Source: Octopus vulgaris (Eukaryota). From it: DNA of 64,000 bases. The translations under genes were made by a program, and so were the position numbers. Positions 52,994 through 64,000 of this stretch are shown here, piece after piece. The notes beneath the pieces were generated by a model that searched no databases, was not told where the DNA came from, and saw only the letters and a list, made by a program, of their open reading frames with translations. The stretch covers positions 125,736,001 through 125,800,000 of the forward strand of contig OX597817.1 in assembly GCA_951406725.2 (NCBI GenBank), read 5' to 3'. The number at the start of each line of letters is the position of its first letter. Within the stretch, counting starts at the first letter, position 1.

Positions 52994-54449
52994 TATAAGT
53001 TTATATAGTCTCACACAGACACGCGCACACACATATGTAAACCTATGTATGTGTGTATGTATATGAATGTATGCATATTCATTATTTGTGGTTACAAGAA
53101 AATGGAAAAAAGAAAATCCTACGCCAGCAAGAAATGGCACAGGCTTTCCGCTTAATCCAGCACCAACATAATTTCAACGTGGTTACTTTAGCATCACCTT
53201 GTTTTAATTGCTGATGCCAATAAAAGGATAAAAATATATGTATGCATGCAAAACAAAATCAGAACTTCCATATATATAACAGAACTTTTTTCATACTTCA
53301 AAAATGATGACAAATCACATTGTTCCGATCAGAGCAATTAAAATTCATTACGGCAAAATCAAGTAGCTCACGTCGAACCATAACATTTTATTAGAAGAAA
53401 ACCTCCATTATTTCCTATTTAGCGCAAATATTTTACGTCTCAAGATCAGCAATTATATCGAGTATACATGAAGACGGTACATGTGATTTTCATATCAATT
53501 AAAATTGATTCAATTATAAGGGTAGTTGCGCATTCAACATTGTTGACAACCCTTATTGTAATTGCTGCTATAGGGAACACATTTCTTCCATTTCCCAATT
53601 CAGTCAATTTTCTCATGAAATCTATTTACAACACATCTTTTGGAATACAGCCGTGGTCCATAGTGTTGTCAAACTTAAGAAATTTAATGCTACTGAGTGA
53701 TTTGCATTTAAACTTTTCAGTCAAACATTGGAGTTAGAAGTGATTCTATGAAGCAGTGGATTGTTGGTGAAATCACTACTGGAAACGTTCGGTTTCGGCA
53801 TATTAACATATATATTTCGACAATGTATATGTGTGTGTTTATGTGTGTGTGCGTGTGTGTGTCTGTGCGTGTGTGTGTATTTGTGTGTGTGTGTGTATAA
53901 AACATTGGTCAATAAAATCTTAACCAAATAGATTGCTTTTTTCTAAATTTTAATTTCTAATAGAGAATTAGAAAACAAAATATTTTGACTGCTATTCATT
54001 AAAGTATATGAAGTATATATATCAAATATACCTGCATAACAAAGACCTTTAATGAAATGCACTACTTTGCTACTTGTTAAATACTGTACTAGAAAATAGA
54101 TCAACCATAATACAGAGAATAGTTGTTTATATGCGACTGATAAGGCAATCGCATTCATAGTTGAGACTGATTTGGAGTCACTTATTTAAATATAGTATTA
54201 TCTCGAAGAGCGTTCCTTTTGCTATTTCCTCTCATACATTTGCTTAAGTGAAATTTTTAATCCTTGTATTTTGCAAAACTTCACCACCTTTTTATGTGTC
54301 ACTTATCTTTTTGAGTGCCACCTCCACTTTTGATGACACCAGTTCATATGATGATAGATTATAATCCTATAACTGATGAATAAAATATTACCCAGCGTGT
54401 GTTAAACTTCTTTCACAATTTTGTCGTATTTTGTAAAATATGGAACAGC

Positions 54450-55075
54450 TCACAGTCAAGAGTTGCATGCATTGTCAGTTCAATATGAACCGATTATAAT
54501 GGAAAAGATGTGGAGTAAAATAAAAGTGGTTGTTATATCTCGAAGCAGCAATACAATAGAAAAGTGAATTTCATTTTCTTTTCTACAACAAAAGAAAGAA
54601 GCACCCCTTAAGGAGGTAATTACCGAAGAATGATTTACAGAATTTGTGAAACCTAATAAAGAAAAAAATGAAAATAGGCAAAAGAGGAAATCAGTCTTTC
54701 AGTGAGGCAATATTTACAAAAACTTTTCAAAAATACATGAAATAAGAGATGATAAACATATCTGACAATGTTTAAAGGAAAGAGTATTGTAGAAAAGGTC
54801 GAAGAAATTATTTAGGTATCACAGGAACAAGTCATAGGCGTAAATTGGACTGAGATATTCTATCCATATACAGAATGTGTGATAAACCAGATGAGACAAG
54901 AACTCATATTTTGTTGGAATAGCAACCGTGAGGTCAAAGTAAATACAGAACATATAGGTATCTCAAAATTGGACATTTAACTAAAAAGTTGGTTACATGT
55001 GCACAGTAATGAACTGGGAGAACAGAAATGTAAGCCAATAGAAATGGTTGAATTGAGATACTTGTGGGAATTTTC
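54450..55075 (+). mobile_element. Very degenerate R4/Dong-type LINE 3' fragment
   Basis: QEQVIGVNW and YRMCDKPDETRTHIL (about 54820-54915) correspond to the AAQDQ and CRICG..ETINHI motifs. Confidence 0.55.
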
Positions 55076-55127
55076 TAGTCCAACTCTTGCCAGCATGGAA
55101 AGCGGACGTTAAACGACGATGATGAAA

Positions 55128-55338
55128 TGGGTGTTGAAAAGTTCCCTAGCTTTAAGGCTATCGAGAAAGGCCTGGCTGGAGATCCGACCTTCTGAGTTCT
55201 TTTACAGGACGTAGAAAAACTGAAGGACCCCTTCAATAAGTGTGTAAATCTTAGAGAGGAATATGTTAAAGAAAATCATTATTAAATGATTATTCTGTAT
55301 TTTAATTTTACCTAAAGCTAGAACTTTTCAGCACTCCC
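55128..55338 (+). mobile_element. Mariner-derived MITE or deletion derivative
   Basis: GGGTGTTGAAAAGTTCCCTAGCTTTA versus TAAAGCTAGAACTTTTCAGCACTCC; interior reads EKLKDPFNKCVNLREEYV like a mariner C-terminus. Confidence 0.7.
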
Positions 55339-55349
55339 AACCACTGATA

Positions 55350-55405
<56 letters not shown>

Positions 55406-55509
55406 GTGACCATTTTGTAATTACTCTTCATATCAATTCCCCAAAATATCTTTCTTTCAAATTCTGTGCAGTTGGGTATGTAACAAAAGCTATTTAATCA
55501 TCTCCTTAA

Positions 55510-55902
55510 GCAGTTGAACATCTCCTTTAGTGGCTGACGATATGTACATCTCTGAACACAAGTAAAGTTGTTGGGGAGTACCATAGCGATGTGTGAGAGG
55601 TATTTTTGGGGTTTGAATAATTCACATCTGGAAACATGAATGTTTCGTTCAACATCCTTTTACAACTCTTATTCAGGGACCTTCCGAGAGTGACAGGCTG
55701 CTCGACCTGAGGAAAATTCTAACTGGGCCCCAACTGCAAGCGTCATGTACTGTTTTTCTCGATATGAGATTACCATGTCATGTTCATATGGTTGTGATGC
55801 ATGTGCCTGGTGTACACTTATCAGATGGGTAGTCATGATGGGTATATTGGGATACGAATAATTGTATCCCAGTATCACTTTAATGGTTTGCGCACCTCTC
55901 TC

Positions 55903-55903
<1 letters not shown>
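55510..55903 (+). repeat. Unclassified interspersed repeat with (AAT)n tail, copy 2
   Basis: Collinear with 3218-3610. Confidence 0.75.

Positions 55904-55992
<89 letters not shown>
55903..55992. repeat. (AAT)n tract at the 5' flank of the LINE
   Basis: Directly visible. Confidence 0.97.
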
Positions 55993-55993
<1 letters not shown>

Positions 55994-58900
55994 GAAAACA
56001 CCGGGGGACGTTTAAGATGTAAGAACGATAAAACAGAGCTCCGAAATCTATCCACAAACATCGAAAACAAGGACATCGTATGGAGCCAAAGATTTACTAA
56101 CAAAGGATTGGACTGTATCCGAGTAAGTAATACTCATTGAAATGTATTACTATTTTAGAAACGAAATGATGTATTTTGACTCGATATCATCTCCACCTCT
56201 AACACAACACATGTAAACATGCGTGGTACATTACGATCCATCAACACCAGATCATTCCCGACCCTAAACACCATGTACAAAGGAACTACGAAGAAATTAA
56301 ATACCACCGATATTATTCAACCCAAGAATAACAATCGGGAGGTACGTACTTTAAACTTACAACACAAAATATACGAAAAACTACACGTGCAAAACAATGT
56401 GACAACAGAAATGAACGGACCGGTACCCTACGAAAATGACGACCGTCAAAATAATGGGCTGGGCGTTGTTCCTCATGTCCCGCAAATAAAACCCAAAAGA
56501 CATAAATGGACACGTGAGGAATACATTTCTATCCTACACGCATACTTCACAGCAGTGCTCTACCCAAAAAATGAAAACACAACAACACATACATATAAAA
56601 TATAGAAGGAAAATAACATAAATATAGACTTGGATACAGCAATGAACTCTAATAAACTAGCTAACGTACGAAGATACATTCTCAACGCAAAAACAAATAT
56701 CAGAAATAGAAATAGAACATCTAAAAGAAAAAATACATCAGGAAACTGTAGATAGAAGCCACACAACAATGCCCAATAATATAAACACTGAGATAGTAAA
56801 ACACGAAGACAAACGTAACATTCCCAACAAACACGATGTAAACAAAAAACAACAAACCCAGACCGTAAGGATGCATAATAATATACGACAAACAGCAAGC
56901 CAAAACACGGCAAACAAATATATAAATAAGAAAGAAAGCGACACAAATCTAAAACCTGGAAACAACGAAGGGGAGCCTAATGATTATGATAATATAAAAA
57001 GTAAAATAATCAAAGAACTGAAAACCACAGAGCTCAAAATGGACCACCGACCATAGTCCCAAAAATCAAAATAGACGAAACAACAATACCAATTATAAAC
57101 AGCATAAACCTAGCTGTCACTGAAACAAAAAGCGATATCACTGAGCTAAATGACTTAGTATACGCAGCAGCTACTGCAGCCACAAAAGAAGATGGATACT
57201 CACTAAAATCCTTCCAAACAGGAGTACCACCACCCAAACAAACCCTGTGGATAAATAACATCCAAAACAAAATACAAAAAATGAGAAAAGATCTGTCGAT
57301 TCTAAATGAAATCAGAAGACAATCAACGCTACTGAGCAACAAAAAGAAAACAAAAATATTCCGCAAATATAACATCACAGAAAAAGATTTACCTGAGATA
57401 AAAGAAAAGCTGAAGCAAGATATCCTTGCCAAAGCACAAAGGATCCGCCGGTACGAGAAACGCCAGCGCTTCTTTGACCATAACAAAAAGTTCTATCAAG
57501 AACTTGGCAAAAATAAAATAGAAATCACTGCAGCACCAACGGCAGAAGAAGTGGAAGAATTCTGGAGAGAAATATGGTCGGCGAACGAACAACCAAAAAA
57601 AAGGAGTATCAAAACAACAAACTCAGCATCTGAGCAACTTTGGAACTCCATAACAACTGAAAAGGTCACTTAGGCACTGCAAAAACTAGGCAACTGGAAG
57701 GCACCTGGGTATGACAAGATCCCCAACTTCTGGTTGAAATATCTAACAGGAATGCACAAAAAGCTGGCTGAAATCTTTAACAACATACTAGCAGAGCCAG
57801 AGACAATGCCTGAATGGCTCACGAAGTGGAAAACCATCTTAATTCCCAAATCAAATGAGACAGCAAAACCAGAAAACTACAGACCAATAACCTGTCTCCC
57901 TACAATGTACAGTGAATTTACTGCAGTGATATCGCAAACGTTGAACAAGCACCTGGACGAAAACAACCTGTTTCCAGAAGAGCAGAAAGGATACTGCAAA
58001 GGCTCATATGGCTGTAAAGATCAACTAATGATTTATAAAGCCATAACTGAAGACGGCCACAGAAAGAAGAAAGGCCTCAGTATGGCCTGGATCGACTACA
58101 AAAAGGCGTTTGATAGCATCCCCCACACATGGATCCTCGAAACACTAGCCATTAACAAAGTAGCACCAACAATTATAAAATTCATGGGGCACTCTATGAA
58201 TAAATGGCAAACAGTGCTACAGCTCCAAACAAAAGAGGGACTCATGAAAACCAAAGCCATCCCTATTAGAAGAGGAATATTCCAGGGATCCACGCTCTCT
58301 CCACTCCTGTTCTGCTTGGCACTGTCACCTCTATCTGATATGCTAAATAGAACTGGATGCGGATATAAATGTTACGGCGAAACGATCAGCCACCTTTTAT
58401 ATATGGATGACCTAAAACTATACGCTGCAAATGTCAAACAGCTGGAAATATTAAACCAAAGCCAAACTTACAAATACTTAGGAATGCATGAAGTAGATAA
58501 GACACACCACACACAAATGAAAGAGAAAATAAAAAAAGAATATTATAGACGAGTTAGATCAATACTAAAAACAGAGCTCAATGCTAAAAACAAGATAATA
58601 GGTATTAACACTTTAGCTGTCCCAGTAATAAGTTACAGCTACAATATCCTTAACTGGACAATATCCTAAATGAACTGACCAAAATAGATAGGAAAACAAG
58701 AAAAATAATGACAGGATCTAGGATGCATCACCCAAAATCTGACATAGAAAGACTATATATACAACGTATAGAAGGTGGTAGAGGCCTTATACAGCTGGAA
58801 AACTACTACAAAATAACCACCATAGGACTGCAAAAATATTTACTTCAGAAGGAAGGAAAACTGATACAAATAGCGGCAAAACACGAGCAAAATAAAAAAC

Positions 58901-59910
58901 TGTTCTCAGTATTTAAGGAAACTGACAAATACAAACAAGAAATCCTACCACCTAATAAATATGAAGAAGAAGAAGATGAAGAAACAACAAAAGCTATAAA
59001 ACAAATGAAATCCAAACTAAAACTAGAACAGCAACGAACCATGATAAAACGATGGCAAGAAAAGCCCCTTCATGGTAAATACTGGACTAAACTAAATGCA
59101 AAAGAAATAGACAAAGAAAAATCCCAGCAATGGTTGAGAAGCTCAGGACTCAAAGCAGAGACAGAGGGATTTTTAATTGCAGCACAAGACCAAAGCCTTC
59201 CCACTAGAAATTACCAAAAACATGTAATGAAAAGAAATATAACAAGTAACTGCAGAATATGTGGAGATGGACAAGAAACAATAAATCATATTATCTCTGG
59301 CTACCCAGTCCTGGCTAAGAAGGAATATATTCACAGACGTGACAGAGTTGGAACCTACATACACTGGAAGCTATGCCAACATTATGGAATAACAACAGAA
59401 AAAGATGGTGTAGGCACACACCAGAAAAGGTCACAGAAAACGAGAAAGCAACCATACTCTGGGATATGCCAATACACACTGATAGAGAAATTAAGGCCAA
59501 CAGACCAGATATAGTTGTCAGAGATCACGAAGAAAAAAAATGCTTTCTAATTGATGTATCAATACCAGCAGATGACAGCGTGTCCCTAAAAGAAATGGAG
59601 AAACTTTCAAAATACAAAGACCTGGAAATAGAGGTAACCAGAATGTGGAATCTAAAAACAAACAATTCCTATTATAGTAAGTGCATTAGGCATGATAAAA
59701 AATATTCAGACAAATACATAACAAAAACACCTGGACTTACAAACACATATAACATACAGAAAATTGCACTACTAGGCACTGCACACATCCTTCGCAGAAC
59801 ACTTTCCATACAATAACCATCAGAGCATCACAACAAATCACAGCACATACCTTAGGCACACAGAGCTGCGCTCGGTAGAGAAGTGAAAGCACGCTATAAA
59901 AATAAAACTA

Positions 59911-59913
<3 letters not shown>
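55993..59913 (+). mobile_element. Near full-length R4/Dong-clade (RLE-type) non-LTR retrotransposon inserted in (AAT)n
   Basis: Single long disrupted reading frame with RT, zinc knuckle and restriction-like endonuclease, no APE domain seen, about 100-bp 3' UTR, (AAT)n on both sides. Confidence 0.93.
56219..59816 (+). pseudogene. Disrupted RT-RLE polyprotein
   Basis: RHKWTREE, NWKAPG.D, ENYRPITCL, WIDYKKAFDSIPH, RGIFQGSTLSPLLF, HLLYMDDLKLY, YKYLG, GGRGL, CRICG..ETINHIISGY (last C lost), NRPDIV..FLIDVSIP, EKLSKYKDL, QKIALLGTAHILRR; stop at 56603-56605 and several frameshifts. Confidence 0.93.
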
Positions 59914-59986
<73 letters not shown>

Positions 59987-59996
59987 TTAATAATAA
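59914..59996. repeat. (AAT)n tail of the LINE
   Basis: Directly visible. Confidence 0.97.
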
Positions 59997-61683
59997 CTGC
60001 AACAAAATACTGAATTATCGTTCGTATTAGTTTGTTTAACAAGGACCATGATTGGTAGAATCAATACATCAATAGATAAAATGTGAATTGCTTAGTTCAC
60101 TCTTGAATCCAATTCTTGCCAGAGTTGACTTACCCTTTCTACCCTATTTAGTAAACAACATAAACCATCTGTTAAGTACTGGAATCCCTATAATTAACTA
60201 TGCTTTTTTCTATCTCTACTTTATATTTAAGGCTTGCGTCTATATTTGTAATTTATATTTCTTTAACCATAAGCGCTAACATATTTTTTATTTCTCACCT
60301 GATCTTTCAAATGAAATATATTTACACCTAACAATCAGGAGATAAAATTGTTGAAAAGACCCTGAACTGAATAGTAAAACTACATTGATTTGAGAATATC
60401 AATGTGAATACCACGCTATATACGGAAGTAAAGTCTTACAGATTACAGAATTACATTAGTTTCAATATTTTGACGCCATCGGAATCTTTGCCGTAATTTT
60501 ATTCAGGTATAATGAGCAACGACCTATTTTGAGCATACCGTGCTCAATAACTGCAAACGTTAATCATTCGGGGATTTCAGCATCAAATAACTTCCTGATT
60601 TATTAGCCATTACCCACACTCCCTTAACCTCACTCTTGCACATACCTGTATCAATTGCTTTCTGTCTGTCTGTTTCTCTTTCTTCCTGTCACTTTATCTA
60701 TATTTCACTCTCTTTATTGTAGCCTCTAATGTCTCTTATTCACATTATCTCTCAAACTCTCAGTCTCTTTAACAATGAAAACGGCTTTATTCGCTGGCAA
60801 TTCCGATTAGTTATAGCTCTTGTGGGCATTATTATAAGTTGCAGATTTGAGTAATTCTAGCAAACTTACAAATTTAACACATATGACCATACATAATAAT
60901 GACTGAACATAGAAAGGGTTTTATGAGCGAAGAGATTTGTGCTGCAAAGTAAAGTCAGTTCAACTAACATTTGATTCTGTTGTTCTATTGTTCATTTTCT
61001 AAAACGTAATGGCAGTTACTGAATAAATGATTGCTACACATACGGACAAACACGCAGACAACTGCAAGAAAACACATACAAACACATCGAACGTACATGA
61101 ACATATGTCAGCACCCACCTACATGCTTAACTACACAAGTGCATACATGTTGGTAATTTCCTATAAGCATATAATAAGTAGACACATGCTTAATGATGCA
61201 CGCATACAAATCTGTATATGCTGTTGTGTGACTAAATGTGTGCGCATGTTTGCGTGTTTGTATGCGTTTAGGTCTCTATATGCATGCAAACACATCTGTT
61301 TACAGTAGTCTCCATTACTGTAATAGGATAATTGAAGTAATATGCTCTCCTATACGCTCCTATTAAAAACGAATACATGGACATTCATTTTATGCACACA
61401 CGCGAACATACATATACAAAATACACACACACATCTGAGTGTACAATTCACGCACATATACACTAACAGACAAATACTTTGGCATATGTTTTCATAACAC
61501 ACACGCACGCACGCACACACATATACACTCAATTTTACATATTTGGTATATGCAATATAGGGTCTTCTTATTCTAATTTTTACTGGATTTAAAAGAACAG
61601 TACAGCATCATAGAGCTTTAGTCACTTATAAGTTCCTCGGCAATAGCATTCCTACAGATCTTAACTACTGATCCGAAAGCTAC

Positions 61684-61714
<31 letters not shown>

Positions 61715-61761
61715 CAGTCTGTATATGTGCGTAGGCGTGTGTGCATGCACACACACACACA

Positions 61762-61821
<60 letters not shown>

Positions 61822-62339
61822 CAAATAAGCAATTCTTCGATTTGGCTAAACGTCACATTTTGACTCAGGAAAAATATCTGGTGTAAAATGGTCCAGCAAC
61901 CGATTTAGAATATCTTTGCAAAGATTTTGCCAATGGCTAACAGAAAAGAAGATTCCATGGTGTTTATCACAAATGCCTTGGGTTTCTTTCTGATACAAAG
62001 AAATGCGAGTGAAATTCTTCATCCTTGTGGAATTTTGTCTGTCATTCACACTGTGTGAAATACGGTAGATAAAATTTCCAGTATCTCAGCTCTACGTTTC
62101 TGAACTTATTCAGGAACAATGCTACCTTTCCCAGGTATTTTTTTCTGGTAAACATCAGTTTTACAGCTGCCATCATTTAATCCTAAGTGGGTGGATTAAA
62201 TGTGCCAATGCAAGCCCCCCACCCGGTGATACAAGTTTTTACTGCCATCTTAGGATGCAAATATCACTAAAATGATGCTACCATTTGGCCTTGATTTCAT
62301 TTCGCTTGCGCAGCAGCACATTACTAGTGCTTTCTCTAA

Positions 62340-62762
62340 GGAGTAAAGACGGAATATGGTGACTGCATGCAGTTGGTGGTACAAAGATTTTGACTATCGC
62401 GTTGGCTGATGTCTGAATTTCGGGTGCTTTTTCTCACCAGCTTCCTCTTTTTGCTGCCAGCAATGCAAGCCGGACCACAGACATAAATTTATAAAAGACT
62501 TTCAGTGATTTATCAGGTTCACGTTTTGGCACAGAACGCGAGAACAACATGCTAAATGTTATTTTCTTTTCTTCGAGCAACTGTCAAAAATGATCTATAT
62601 CGAATCCATGACTACCAAACACTTAATGGTCAAGTAGTCTCGATTGTTTAGAGAACATCTGCACGTCAAATCGGGCGGGAGTTGTATGGCGAGCTGGAAC
62701 AATAAAAATGTCTTGTAAACGCCTCACGAGTGTTTCAAAGACAATATTAAAGAAACATTTAA
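62340..62762 (+). mobile_element. Very degenerate RTE-like LINE 3' fragment
   Basis: RELYGELEQ and CFKDNIKETF at about 62675-62760 resemble the LYGEL...RFKDxLK C-terminal motif. Confidence 0.5.
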
Positions 62763-62764
62763 TA

Positions 62765-63160
62765 TAGATACTGGGAAGCACTCCGTCGGTTACGACGACG
62801 AGGGTTCCAGTTGATCCGAATCAACGGAACAGCCTGCTCGTGAAATTAACGTGTAAGTGGCTGAGCACTCCACAGACACGTGTACCCTTAACGTAGTTCT
62901 CGGGGATATTCAGCGTGACACAGAGAGTGACAAGGCCGGCCCTTTGAAGTACAGGTACAACAGAAACAGGAAGTAAGAGTGAGAGAAAGTTGTGATGAAA
63001 GAGTAGAGCAGGGATCACCACCATCCCCTGCCGGAGCCTCGTGGAGCTTTTAGGTGTGTTTTCGCTCAATAAACACTCACAACGCCCGGTCTGGGAATCG
63101 AAACCGCGATCCTATGACCGCGAGTCCGCTGCCCTAACCACTGGGCCATTGCGCCTCCAC
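62765..63160 (-). mobile_element. Family A-headed SINE with an alternative 3' tail
   Basis: 63160 down to about 62960 matches 8483-8657 and 40078-40255; 62765-62960 is unrelated to their tail. Confidence 0.92.
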
Positions 63161-63552
63161 GCAGGTAAATATATGGAGTATGTGAGCACTTTTTTCAAAA
63201 AGGATACAACAGATTTTCTTTCGTAATCAGGGATACTCAGCCACACGCGCGATGAAGAATCGCTCCCACGTACCAATGAGACGTCCGGCATGATCGATTG
63301 GTACCTCGAGTAGCGGAATGTATGAACCGGTCAGTGCACATGCTCAGCACTCTGGGTTCCAGGTTGCAAGTGAGCGGATTGATGCCGGTGGAGACTGATA
63401 TGTAGTCATAGTCGAATGAAATGTAATACATTGCGAGCCTTATGTGTTAGATGACACGCTACCAAAGATGAGGAGATCAAATTTGTTTGAGTGAAATAAA
63501 TATAGGAAGTGTGTGTGTGTGTGTATATACGCATACGTATATATATACATAA

Positions 63553-63760
63553 CGGGAAGTTTTACGAAAATAAACAAAAGACAAAAGACGAAGGCAGGTG
63601 GAGTACAAACAAACAATTGTATTAGTATGGCGCTCAGGAATAGAAATAAAACAAGTCTTTTACGTTTCGAGCCTACGCTCTTCGACAGAAAGATACACAG
63701 AAAAGAAACAAGGAGATAAAAAAAAATGCGTGTAGGAGCTAACGGTCCATCATGGCGTTC
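63553..63760 (-). mobile_element. Penelope-like terminal repeat fragment, same family as 10359-10592
   Basis: Shared aaagacgaag.caggtgg, tgtattagtat, gctcaggaatagaaa and acgtttcgagcctacgctcttc.acagaaag. Confidence 0.65.
63656..63693 (-). ncRNA. Minimal type I hammerhead-like motif, core variant CUGUCGA
   Basis: Minus strand: UCUUU-CUGUCGA-A-GAGC(GUAG)GCUC-GAAAC-GUA-AAAGA; perfect stems I and II, GUA triplet. Confidence 0.65.
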
Positions 63761-64000
63761 TGATTTCAGGCAGAAGTCAGAGGTCAGAGGTCAGACGTCC
63801 CACACACACATATATTTATATATGCATACGCACACACACACACACATATATCTACATTCCCCACCCTCACACTTATATATATATATATACTAACGTAAAA
63901 GCCGCTAGCTCCTCTGGCAGGCTCTTCATTAGATTTTGGGCCCAACACATGCATTGAGTATATGTTAAAATTTATTAAAGTTGAACAATACTTCTTCATG

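Noticed and set aside
57734-58669. Reverse transcriptase as a retron, group II intron, DGR or domesticated gene
   Set aside because: Followed by a zinc knuckle, RLE domain and (AAT)n tail, and broken by stops and frameshifts; an ordinary decayed non-LTR element

Overview
AT-rich eukaryotic non-genic DNA. The tRNA-derived SINE families and very dense (AT)n/(AAT)n/(AC)n microsatellites point to a cephalopod, probably Octopus (inference from memory of the repeat families, not a database result). I find no supportable host protein-coding exon, true tRNA/rRNA gene or CRISPR; almost all listed ORFs are microsatellite or transposon artefacts. The window holds many decayed mobile elements: one near full-length, disabled R4/Dong-type (RLE) non-LTR retrotransposon bracketed by (AAT)n at 55993-59913, at least five older fragments of that type, Tc1, mariner and Chapaev3 DNA transposons, MITEs, a probable solo LTR, a Helitron-like element and about 15 SINE copies. 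The most notable signal is invisible in the ORF track: about eleven type I hammerhead ribozyme motifs from about six sequence families. Most sit in Penelope-like (PLE) terminal repeats, and three occur as inverted sense/antisense pairs. They include a canonical-looking stand-alone hammerhead (43517-43564), a pair with a compensatory stem change (47317/48426), a family with a CUGUNGA core variant, and a fold-back PLE whose terminal repeat joins a tRNA-like Pol III promoter, an (AAT)n tract and a hammerhead.
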